Shown here piece after piece: positions 9,374 to 17,489 of a stretch of DNA of 64,000 nt. Every line of letters starts with the position of its first letter. Positions within the stretch are counted from its first letter, which is position 1. This DNA comes from a virus: positions 1 to 64,000 of IMG/VR virus record IMGVR_UViG_3300047554_000447. One strand, given 5' to 3'. Made by a program: the position numbers and the translations under genes. The notes below the pieces were generated by a model. That model did no database searches, was not told where the DNA came from, and saw only the letters and a list, made by a program, of their open reading frames with translations.

Positions 9374-9993
9374 TGTCAATTTTAAATACTAACCTAGCAG
9401 ATAAATTCAATCCGAGTTCGTGGGCAGGATGGAAAGCCTGGAAACACTACAAGCACACCGGATTTAATCTCATCGATGAAGTAAATGCTTTGGACCCTGA
9501 CCTAGTCATTGATGTTGGATGTGGTCATAATCGTTTCAAGGGACATATTAAAAACATCATCGGTTTTGATCAAGAACCTTTTCCCTTTGTTGATATCGTA
9601 GCTAACATAGAAGATATTAATTTTAGACTCGAATCGGCAGATGCAGTTCTAGCCCTAGGTAGTATTCAATTCGGTACTAGAGAGTTAGTCCAAAAACACT
9701 TTACTAAAGTTGTAAGTTGGGTCAAACCTGGCGGATATATTGTAATGAGGACCATGAGAGATTCTGTTTCTTCATATCATCATCAAGAATCTCACTACAT
9801 CTGGACCGACGACGATATTATTAATATCGGCAATGATCACAGCCTAGAGATTATCAAAGGTCCATTTGTTGAAGAAGTGTTGGATGCGTTTAATGAAGTT
9901 AGAAGTACACGCATGGCATGGTGGTATAAAAAACCGGGCGAGCTAAAAAAATATAAAATTGATCCGTATAACTGTAAAGTAGAACAGCGATGA
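9373..9993 (+). CDS. Class I SAM methyltransferase, paralogue of 4298-5035
   Basis: VIDVGCGHNRFKG, GFD, VKPGG. Confidence 0.8.
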   Translation: MSILNTNLADKFNPSSWAGWKAWKHYKHTGFNLIDEVNALDPDLVIDVGCGHNRFKGHIKNIIGFDQEPFPFVDIVANIEDINFRLESADAVLALGSIQFGTRELVQKHFTKVVSWVKPGGYIVMRTMRDSVSSYHHQESHYIWTDDDIINIGNDHSLEIIKGPFVEEVLDAFNEVRSTRMAWWYKKPGELKKYKIDPYNCKVEQR

Positions 9994-10685
9994 TTATTAA
10001 TGATTTAAAATTTCATTTCGTAGCAGGATGCCCTGGTTCAGCATGGAGCATGATCAGCCAGCGATTCAAGAGAGCATTTAAAGATAAGTTTGACAACTCA
10101 GATGAAGTTGGACAAAGAAGTTATAACTTACCTGAAGAACATAAATCACAATATACTGTGATCGCAGAAAACTGGCAGGCAACTACACATAAAGGCATGT
10201 ACTTTGGTCCTTATCACGAGTACGGTGAGGATTTTGATGATCTTAGAAAATATTCTTCCGTTGATGATTTTTACAAAGAGTGCCTAAAGCCCTATAAAGA
10301 TGTTCTTGCCCCTTATAAGTTAATCAAAAGTCACTGGTTTTCATATAACTTAGATTGGCTATGGGATAACTGTAAAGGACATTCTATCATGCTAGTATGG
10401 AGAGATTCCGTACAAGCAGAAGACTGGTGGTATAAGATGGGAGGCTGGAGCATTGACTATCCTATCTACACTTGGTATGAAAACACAGAAAGAATGCGAC
10501 AACAAATCGAAGAAGAAAATAAACTAATTATGGAATTTGGAACAAGAAAAAATGTTCAATGGTATGACTATGATCACGACGGTGTATGGTTAGAAAAGAG
10601 GTTTAACATACCTCCATTGTCAAAACCTCAGGCATATCCTAATTTCGTTGATGCACCTAAAGTAGCTATAATGGATATCGTATAA
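9990..10685 (+). CDS. Sulfotransferase-fold-like P-loop protein, paralogue 3
   Basis: FVAGCPGSAWS, LIKSH, MLVWRDS, GGWSIDYP. Confidence 0.55.
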   Translation: MIINDLKFHFVAGCPGSAWSMISQRFKRAFKDKFDNSDEVGQRSYNLPEEHKSQYTVIAENWQATTHKGMYFGPYHEYGEDFDDLRKYSSVDDFYKECLKPYKDVLAPYKLIKSHWFSYNLDWLWDNCKGHSIMLVWRDSVQAEDWWYKMGGWSIDYPIYTWYENTERMRQQIEEENKLIMEFGTRKNVQWYDYDHDGVWLEKRFNIPPLSKPQAYPNFVDAPKVAIMDIV

Positions 10686-11665
10686 TGAGTAAAAATCTAA
10701 TAAGAATTATACCCCACGATGAATGGGTTGAGAAGCAAAGAGATTTAACCATTCGACAAGCAGAGTGGGAAAAGGCTCGTGACAAGTGGATGGAGTTTCA
10801 GGGGCCACCTCCAGGACCACCACCGAGAAATTGGAATGATCCCGAGACAGGTAAACCTAGTCGTTGGTTACAAGCTAAGAGCTTTAGTAATTACGACGAA
10901 ACTAGATTTGGTCCTGATCCTATCGACAGCGTCATTGATAGACTAGGTATCTTTGAAGGTCTAGACTTTGCACCGGATATCAAATATGGTGAAGAAGGAA
11001 ACTTTGGAGCCACTACACTAATTGATCGTACTGGGACCCCAGAGTACAGAGATGAGATGAGCAGTCACTATCCTATTACTATGGTTAATGATGCTGAAAA
11101 GATCGGCATCGACTTAGATAACTTTCCTATGTTTGACGGTGCTCTAGTAGAGGACCGATCATCTTGTAGAAGGATTTCAGACTTCATTGGCCTAGATTAT
11201 GAAACTGCAAACGCCGGTGCTCGTCGAGACTACGGATATGAGAGCTTTCATATGCAACGTCCTGGTCAAATGCTGATGTATCATCATGATCTTTACTATG
11301 CCGTAATACGTGACGTAGATATGGAACTTGCATGGAAACCAGAGAAACTTAGAAGATTCGTAATCTTCATGGAAGACTGGATTCCGGGGCATATCTGGAT
11401 CGCAGGAAATTCTACTTATAGTCATTGGCGCAAGGGAGAATGCATTAGTTGGAACTGGCAGGACATGCCGCACGGTACTGCTAATCTAAGTCCAAAGACT
11501 AGATACAGCGTACACCTAACTGGTTACATGACAGAGTCTAGTTGGGAATTTTATAATCGTGGAAATAAAGATATGCGGTATCGCCCTAATGCGATTGGAG
11601 GCTTTGATGCGTATCAAGTTAAAGAAGATGGCTCTGAAGAGTTAATTTACGCAAAAGGAAAGTAA
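10685..11665 (+). CDS. Fe(II)/2OG-oxygenase-like protein, paralogue 2, with an N-terminal extension
   Basis: QRPGQ..HHD, WQDMPHGTAN, RYS. Confidence 0.65.
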   Translation: MSKNLIRIIPHDEWVEKQRDLTIRQAEWEKARDKWMEFQGPPPGPPPRNWNDPETGKPSRWLQAKSFSNYDETRFGPDPIDSVIDRLGIFEGLDFAPDIKYGEEGNFGATTLIDRTGTPEYRDEMSSHYPITMVNDAEKIGIDLDNFPMFDGALVEDRSSCRRISDFIGLDYETANAGARRDYGYESFHMQRPGQMLMYHHDLYYAVIRDVDMELAWKPEKLRRFVIFMEDWIPGHIWIAGNSTYSHWRKGECISWNWQDMPHGTANLSPKTRYSVHLTGYMTESSWEFYNRGNKDMRYRPNAIGGFDAYQVKEDGSEELIYAKGK

Positions 11666-11666
11666 T

Positions 11667-12227
11667 ATGAGATTACATTTATTCTTAGGATCAGTTGGTG
11701 CAAACTTTTTAAAAGTTTCAGAAAAGATCCAGCCTTTGCTAATAGAAAAAAATAATTCATCAGAAAAACACATTGAAATTAAATTCGGTGGTTATGGAAA
11801 CTGGGATGAAACAAAGGCCTATAACTATGATGGCTGGAATAAAAGATTAAAGAAATTTATTCACAATAATCCCTCAGTCGAGGATGTTATTATTCTAGGC
11901 CCTGGCGCATTGTTAAATGCTAAACGATTTATTGAAGACTATCAAGATGTTAGTCTTTATTTCTTAGAAAAGAATACAGATCTAATTTCACCTGAAGAGT
12001 TATTAGAAAACTTTTATCAAAAATTTCAAGACAGTATAAATGCAGATAAAACTGCTTGGTTGAATTTTATTGATAAAACTAACACTATCTACAATGAATT
12101 AAAGACTCAGTATCAGCCTTCGATGACACTCTTTGGGGGATTCTTGTTAGAGGAAAACAGTATAAATTTAAATCTCGAGCTTAAACAAGAATATATGAAA
12201 ATAGGTCTTGTTAAATTAAATGCTTGA
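11667..12227 (+). CDS. Hypothetical protein
   Basis: 186 aa ORF tightly coupled to the upstream gene; no family recognised. Confidence 0.6.
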   Translation: MRLHLFLGSVGANFLKVSEKIQPLLIEKNNSSEKHIEIKFGGYGNWDETKAYNYDGWNKRLKKFIHNNPSVEDVIILGPGALLNAKRFIEDYQDVSLYFLEKNTDLISPEELLENFYQKFQDSINADKTAWLNFIDKTNTIYNELKTQYQPSMTLFGGFLLEENSINLNLELKQEYMKIGLVKLNA

Positions 12228-13005
12228 AATTTTCGTTTAGTTTAGAATTAAGATATGATTCAATCGATCTAATATCTAACCTAGCCCAAGTAAGTGACAA
12301 TGAATTACTTACTGGGCTATTTTTTTTGGCGTCCAAATCTGCTAGTTCTAGTTTAATATCTGTAAGATATTCTTGATCATAGATAGGATTATAAAAAAAT
12401 TCATTATGCTTTTGGAAGCACCATAAATCTCTTATAGAAGGTTTTAGATTTTTTGTTTCTACGTCTTTAATTAATTTTGAAAAATTGGATAGATAACTAC
12501 TCGGTTTAATATCCGTGTTTTCTATCTTTGCAGGAAACAGCGAGGTTGTTTGAAAATATCTTAAAGCAACGCTATCAACATCGTCGTCTATTAAATTTAT
12601 AATCTTACTGTTAGGAAATCGAGATCGAATGTTTTTAGGAGCGTCATGCACCACCCATGTTAGAAAATGATGTTCTAAAATCTGGTCAGCGTTAACCGAC
12701 TGCATGAGCTTAGGCCATACAACAGAGTAATAATAATCTACGTCATCCTCTGACCAATATTTTTCAACCCTTTCTCCAACTAATGGGACAACGCCAAGGG
12801 GTAATAATCTATCATAATGATATTGACTAATGTCTTTACCTTTAATAATGTTGTTACGTTCAGCATCCCAAGGATGTATTCCGTTATTAGCATGCGAATA
12901 CCAGTAGACGTTTTCTGCACATGATACTATCCTGCCAAGCCGATGTCCGCCGTTGCCAGCACTGGCACAGATAAACAGTAAACGATCACTGTTTTTATAA
13001 TCCAT
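12211..13005 (-). CDS. Hypothetical protein, possibly a divergent sulfotransferase fold
   Basis: LLFICASAGNGGH N-terminal loop, VVH, RFPNSKIINL. Confidence 0.5.
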   Translation of the reverse strand: MDYKNSDRLLFICASAGNGGHRLGRIVSCAENVYWYSHANNGIHPWDAERNNIIKGKDISQYHYDRLLPLGVVPLVGERVEKYWSEDDVDYYYSVVWPKLMQSVNADQILEHHFLTWVVHDAPKNIRSRFPNSKIINLIDDDVDSVALRYFQTTSLFPAKIENTDIKPSSYLSNFSKLIKDVETKNLKPSIRDLWCFQKHNEFFYNPIYDQEYLTDIKLELADLDAKKNSPVSNSLSLTWARLDIRSIESYLNSKLNENFKHLI

Positions 13006-13576
13006 GCCTATCCTTAAATTCTGTTCTTAGTTTAAAATACATATCAAGATCGAGTTCCCAGACTGACTGCTCAGTATAGAACAACATCATTTTATCGACT
13101 AGCTTAGTAACAAGACCTTGCCTTTCTAAAAGATTAAACACCCTATGGCTTTTCTCCATAGAGGATATACTGTTAGTCCAATTGGTAGTGATTACAAACC
13201 TCTTGTATCCTACTTCTTGCCCGTATTTGATTTGTAAAGGAACGTGATAAAAGAATGGGATAGATCCCATGTGTGTTTTGCTCATTATTCCATGATAGTT
13301 TTTATACTGCGGAAGTTCTGCACCTCTAAACAGTATCCTATAGACATCTGAACCTACTTCTTTTAAGGGATGGCAACCACTAACTGAAATTATTTCATTT
13401 TCTAATCTGCTGGTATAAAATGCGCCGCCGAGATCTAAACACCAATCTAATTTCATGCTTTGTAGACTACGATTGTTAGCATAACCTGCAAGATCACAAG
13501 AACTACAAAATTTTAATAAATCTTCTTTTTGAGATCTATCGTAGATTGTTGTTATTAACCTTTTTTCGGCGCCCAT
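12995..13576 (-). CDS. Hypothetical protein, possibly GNAT-like
   Basis: ENEIISVSG..RILFRG pattern; overlaps both neighbours in a minus-strand operon. Confidence 0.45.
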   Translation of the reverse strand: MGAEKRLITTIYDRSQKEDLLKFCSSCDLAGYANNRSLQSMKLDWCLDLGGAFYTSRLENEIISVSGCHPLKEVGSDVYRILFRGAELPQYKNYHGIMSKTHMGSIPFFYHVPLQIKYGQEVGYKRFVITTNWTNSISSMEKSHRVFNLLERQGLVTKLVDKMMLFYTEQSVWELDLDMYFKLRTEFKDRHGL

Positions 13577-14286
13577 AGATCAATATCCTTGTTAGTCCTT
13601 CCTTGATAAAACATAAAATCATCTTTCATAACTACCAGGTCTTTAGTTGGATACCAGCCATTAAAAATTGATAAGTCACCTCTAACTATTAGCTCGTTAT
13701 TAACTATCTTCCAGTCACACCAGAATGTATTACCTAATAAGGTAGAATCAGGTGGTGAAATATTTTTGATCGCTTTTACCTGTGCTAGACTAGTAAACAC
13801 AGTATTAATGGCTATAGGCCCAACTTCGCTCATACCCCAGTTAGTCATAAAAGTTGCTCCTCGGTCAACAAAGGCTTCTATGATATCCCAGGTCACAGGG
13901 TCAGCACCGCAGGTGACCCACACACCAGACAAATCTAAAGTTTTAAAACCTTTGGTCAACATTATTGCTTTGGCGTGTAGCGGAGTGATGTGGGTATGGG
14001 TGTATTTTTTAATCTTTTTTACAAACTCGTAGGCATTAAATGGTTCTATGTCAACATGAGCACCAATGCTTAACGCTGGTAAAGTTTGAGCTAACAATCC
14101 GCCGGCATGAGTTATTTTACAGCAGGTATATATTCTACTCTGTTTGGTAATGTGCTGGGCTTGTAAAGCTATCTGATTGGCGAATATCAACTTATCAGTT
14201 GTTTGATAAAAATCATTAGGCTTACCGCTAGTTCCAGAACTAGAAATGATTACACCTTCTTTGAGTATTTTTTGATAATTTATCAT
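13555..14286 (-). CDS. Truncated AMP-binding (adenylate-forming) enzyme
   Basis: A3 SSSGTSGKP, HAGG, A5 WGMSEVG, A7 WYPTKD and A8 GR; only 243 aa. Confidence 0.8.
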   Translation of the reverse strand: MINYQKILKEGVIISSSGTSGKPNDFYQTTDKLIFANQIALQAQHITKQSRIYTCCKITHAGGLLAQTLPALSIGAHVDIEPFNAYEFVKKIKKYTHTHITPLHAKAIMLTKGFKTLDLSGVWVTCGADPVTWDIIEAFVDRGATFMTNWGMSEVGPIAINTVFTSLAQVKAIKNISPPDSTLLGNTFWCDWKIVNNELIVRGDLSIFNGWYPTKDLVVMKDDFMFYQGRTNKDIDLWAPKKG

Positions 14287-14325
14287 TGAATATTTAATTT
14301 AAGAAACCATGTTCATCAAAGGTTC

Positions 14326-14354
14326 TTGACTAACAAGGATACATACTGTAGAAT
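14326..14354 (+). promoter_or_regulatory. sigma70-type promoter
   Basis: TTGACT-N17-TAGAAT. Confidence 0.55.
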
Positions 14355-14383
14355 TATAGCATCTTTAAAGTAAATATACTACT

Positions 14384-14554
14384 ATGAAAACTACATATTT
14401 GGCTGAAGAAATTTTTGAAGAAATTCCAGGCGACCCAGACAATGTCATTATGAAATTGCCCCCGGAGCTCTGTGAACAAATGGGTTGGAAGGAAGGAGAT
14501 ACTCTAGATATCACTGTTGAAGATGGTGCTATATCTATCAAGAAACATGGCTAA
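14384..14554 (+). CDS. AbrB/MazE (SpoVT)-like swapped-hairpin protein (56 aa)
   Basis: MKTTYLAEEIFEEIPGDPDNVIMKLPPELCEQMGWKEGDTLDITVEDGAISIKKHG; the LP.E....GW..GD pattern is typical of the AbrB fold; not in the ORF track. Confidence 0.7.
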   Translation: MKTTYLAEEIFEEIPGDPDNVIMKLPPELCEQMGWKEGDTLDITVEDGAISIKKHG

Positions 14555-14768
14555 AAATTCAGAACTCTTAGAACTCATAGGCATCGTCACAGATGTATTG
14601 CCCAACTCTACTTTTAGAGTAAAGGTAGAACAAACAGAACATCAACTGCTTTGTTATATGGGCGGCAAATTAAAACAGCATAAGATTAAAATCATCCTGG
14701 GTGATAAAGTAAAAATGGAAGTTAGTCCTTACGATCTGACTAAAGGGCGAATCGTTTTTAGGTTGTAA
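14547..14768 (+). CDS. infA: Translation initiation factor IF-1
   Basis: LPNSTFRV, GK, IKIILGDKV, SPYDLTKGRIVFR; start at ATG 14547. Confidence 0.95.
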   Translation: MAKNSELLELIGIVTDVLPNSTFRVKVEQTEHQLLCYMGGKLKQHKIKIILGDKVKMEVSPYDLTKGRIVFRL

Positions 14769-14769
14769 C

Positions 14770-15444
14770 GTGAACTCAATTCTCTACGCTACTCGTGAAA
14801 TATGCGTACAGGTAATGTCTAAGGTACGCCACGGCTCGAGCTTGCGTAGCATCTTATCAAAAATAAGAAAAGAATTTAAACGTAAAAATTTAGATATCAA
14901 GTTAACTTCTCGAAGAGAAACGAATCTAGAACCAAATGAATTTTACGTTAATGCATATTATGATGTAGAAGAAGATCGAAATCACGAATGTGCCATTGAA
15001 GTGTTTGTACACCATAATATCGAAGATGCTGAATTTAAATTTGAACAGGCTAGCCAGCTGTTGGTTCAAATTTATGATGCGGTTGTACACGAGTTCAAAC
15101 ATCAAGAACAAGGTCGAAAGCGTCGATACCGTCCTAACACATATCTGCTAGATGAATCTTCTAACAAAAGCTACCTAGGAGATCCGGATGAAATCGATGC
15201 GTATGCTCTAAGTATCGCTATCGAACTTATAAGAAACCTAGGAAGGACTCGTAGCATACAATATCTGCATCGTGCTAGCCAATTAGCACAAATTCGTCCA
15301 AAAGGCCTTTATGCTAGCCCAAACTTGCTTTCTTACTTTGGAGAATTCCAAAGCATCGATCATCCCGTTATTCGAAAACTAATCAAAAAAGTATATTTGA
15401 ATCTAATTGACATTGACAAGTCTGCCGTTTTCTACTATAATTAA
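14770..15444 (+). CDS. HExxH zincin-like hypothetical protein
   Basis: VVHEFKHQEQ, then YLGDPDEIDAYA; paralogue of 21445. Confidence 0.65.
   Translation: MNSILYATREICVQVMSKVRHGSSLRSILSKIRKEFKRKNLDIKLTSRRETNLEPNEFYVNAYYDVEEDRNHECAIEVFVHHNIEDAEFKFEQASQLLVQIYDAVVHEFKHQEQGRKRRYRPNTYLLDESSNKSYLGDPDEIDAYALSIAIELIRNLGRTRSIQYLHRASQLAQIRPKGLYASPNLLSYFGEFQSIDHPVIRKLIKKVYLNLIDIDKSAVFYYN
15413..15441 (+). promoter_or_regulatory. Consensus sigma70 promoter
   Basis: TTGACA-N17-TATAAT. Confidence 0.85.
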
Positions 15445-15473
15445 GCATCGTTCAACAGTTTTGAAAGCGACAA

Positions 15474-16163
15474 ATGAGCCAAAATTTTCCTACTCAACGA
15501 GTACTAGAGTTGGCCTGTGCGGCACAGCGCGAAAACAAATCCTATATAAAAGAAGCAGAAAGCGTCTTCGATAATGAAGGCAAATTCTTGTTCGTCAAGC
15601 ACGACAACAAAACTTTAATTAAATTTGCTCTTGGAATTTTCAAAGGTGGTGCTTCGCCTGAATTCTCTCCACAGGCTATTTTCATCCAAGACTGCGATAA
15701 GGCTCAAGCAGAAGAAATTAAAAAGTATTTTCGGCGCCTTATGTTTAGTGCAATCAAAGGCGACAACGAATTCCAAACAGAAGTTAATACTCTGTTGTTC
15801 AACGAGGAAGTTCCTGCTAGCAAAATTGGATATATTGCTTGTCTACCTAGCGTTTGGCTAAGAGACCTTTCTAGAAACACAATTGAAAAGAAAACCAAAG
15901 AAGTCATTAATGAATATATCGAAGAAGTGGACAAATGGGTCCTTGACAAAGACTGCGAAATATTGCAGTGTGTTCGCTCAAAAAACTTTGATGCTTGGAA
16001 TGTTGATGCTATCATTGACAATAAGTTAGTCAGTTGGTTTTCAAAAAAACCGTTGACTGTTGGTGATTGTGTAGTTGTAAAAGCCAAAGTAAAAGAACAC
16101 AGCGTTCATTGGTTAACAAAAAAGTTTCAAACTAGGCTCAACTATGTAAAGGCTGTCCAATAG
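15474..16163 (+). CDS. Conserved phage hypothetical protein (C-terminus possibly OB-fold)
   Basis: 229 aa; LACAA N-terminal motif shared with 20051. Confidence 0.7.
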   Translation: MSQNFPTQRVLELACAAQRENKSYIKEAESVFDNEGKFLFVKHDNKTLIKFALGIFKGGASPEFSPQAIFIQDCDKAQAEEIKKYFRRLMFSAIKGDNEFQTEVNTLLFNEEVPASKIGYIACLPSVWLRDLSRNTIEKKTKEVINEYIEEVDKWVLDKDCEILQCVRSKNFDAWNVDAIIDNKLVSWFSKKPLTVGDCVVVKAKVKEHSVHWLTKKFQTRLNYVKAVQ

Positions 16164-16171
16164 GAGGAATT

Positions 16172-17230
16172 ATGGCTACAAAACAACAAAAAGAAGAATT
16201 GATTGAAATATTAAAATTTACACCAATAAAGGTGCAGATGCTTATCCAAGGATACGGTGGAGAATCGTATGCTGGTCGTGTTGAAAGAAAAATCTACGAA
16301 TACTTTAAAGAACGTAAACTAGACATTGGAGAATATGCCAGCGACTGGGATAACGGTATGAAAGTTCCGGACGATATGCAACCATTTCCTGCTGGTAGTG
16401 CATATGAATGCAACGGCATGTTTCACGCATCTGGGCCTGAACTTTCCGACCTAAATACCATTACCATTACCGATGATAAAGGTAATACTATTTGGGAACA
16501 CGATCTAGGATGGAGTTCCTTAGAAGATTCAGGAGTAGTTGTTGAACAATTCAGCGATGTTGACTTTGATGACCTAGAGCCAGGTGAAGTCGCGTTCTGG
16601 GGAGGCTCGGGCGAAAAAGGTTGTTTCTTTGATTGCGAGTTTACACTTACGCAACCGTTTGATCCTAAGAAACTTGTCATAAAATTTGAATCCTGCGACG
16701 GTTGGCATATTGTTAATTTTGTAGAATATGACGGTGAAGAACTAGACGGCTCTGGTGGCTACTCCACAACCGGTAAATGGGCTGAAAGCAAATGGATCCT
16801 CGGTGGCGATGAAGAAGTCTACGAAGCCGAAGAATTCGACGCTGATGAAGATGATAACGATGAAAGTTCAGCTGATTACGAATGCGTTCAATGCGATTGG
16901 AAAGGCTCTGTGGACGAAGTATCTTACAATGACAATGACGAAATGGTCTGTCCAGAATGTGGAGAACCACTCGAAGCAAAAGATAGCGGGTTTGATTGGA
17001 GCCCAGGCGAAGAACTTGAAAAGATCTGGGAAGATCAAAAGACTAACTGGTTCGATAAAGATGTTAAACCAGCATACAACGGCCAGTATGAAGTTCTAGT
17101 TGAGGGTGCTGTATGGCCGAACAGTGGTCCTAGAATGGCCGATTGGGATGGTAAAAATTGGAAGACTGGTATCTTAACAGTTAAGATTACGCAGTGGCGG
17201 GGACTAAACTTTAATCCAAATGAGGTATAA
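16172..17230 (+). CDS. Acidic hypothetical protein with a zinc ribbon
   Basis: CVQC...CPEC and a D/E-rich linker; GGAGG RBS. Confidence 0.75.
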   Translation: MATKQQKEELIEILKFTPIKVQMLIQGYGGESYAGRVERKIYEYFKERKLDIGEYASDWDNGMKVPDDMQPFPAGSAYECNGMFHASGPELSDLNTITITDDKGNTIWEHDLGWSSLEDSGVVVEQFSDVDFDDLEPGEVAFWGGSGEKGCFFDCEFTLTQPFDPKKLVIKFESCDGWHIVNFVEYDGEELDGSGGYSTTGKWAESKWILGGDEEVYEAEEFDADEDDNDESSADYECVQCDWKGSVDEVSYNDNDEMVCPECGEPLEAKDSGFDWSPGEELEKIWEDQKTNWFDKDVKPAYNGQYEVLVEGAVWPNSGPRMADWDGKNWKTGILTVKITQWRGLNFNPNEV

Positions 17231-17282
17231 ATGGAAAAGCTCTATCGCATCACTCCTCTAGAAAAAAAATCAGTAGAATATC

Positions 17283-17311
17283 TTGACAACTTTTGATTAT
17301 CCTGTTATAAT
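17283..17311 (+). promoter_or_regulatory. Consensus sigma70 promoter
   Basis: TTGACA-N17-TATAAT with extended -10 TG. Confidence 0.8.
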
Positions 17312-17489
17312 TAAATGGAACAATCAGAATAATCTTTGGTGGAATGAAACCTGTGCCCAAGTTTTAGAAGTTTTTGGGCTACCTGGACATAGGTTTGTGT
17401 ATCATCCCTACGAAGATCATATGGTGTTTGAATTTAAATCAGAAAAGGATCAAAGGTTGTGTAAAATCTTGCTTTCGGAAAAGTTATGA
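17283..17489 (+). CDS. Small hypothetical protein
   Basis: 68 aa ORF with TTG start and ATGA overlap with the next gene; start uncertain. Confidence 0.55.
   Translation: MTTFDYPVIIKWNNQNNLWWNETCAQVLEVFGLPGHRFVYHPYEDHMVFEFKSEKDQRLCKILLSEKL

Noticed and set aside
10800-10830. GPPPGPPP polyproline run in the oxygenase N-terminus
   Set aside because: Short low-complexity linker with no supportable function
17261-17290. Programmed frameshift at the A8 run joining the 17231 stub to the 17283 ORF
   Set aside because: The shifted frame has a TAG at 17274-17276, before 17283
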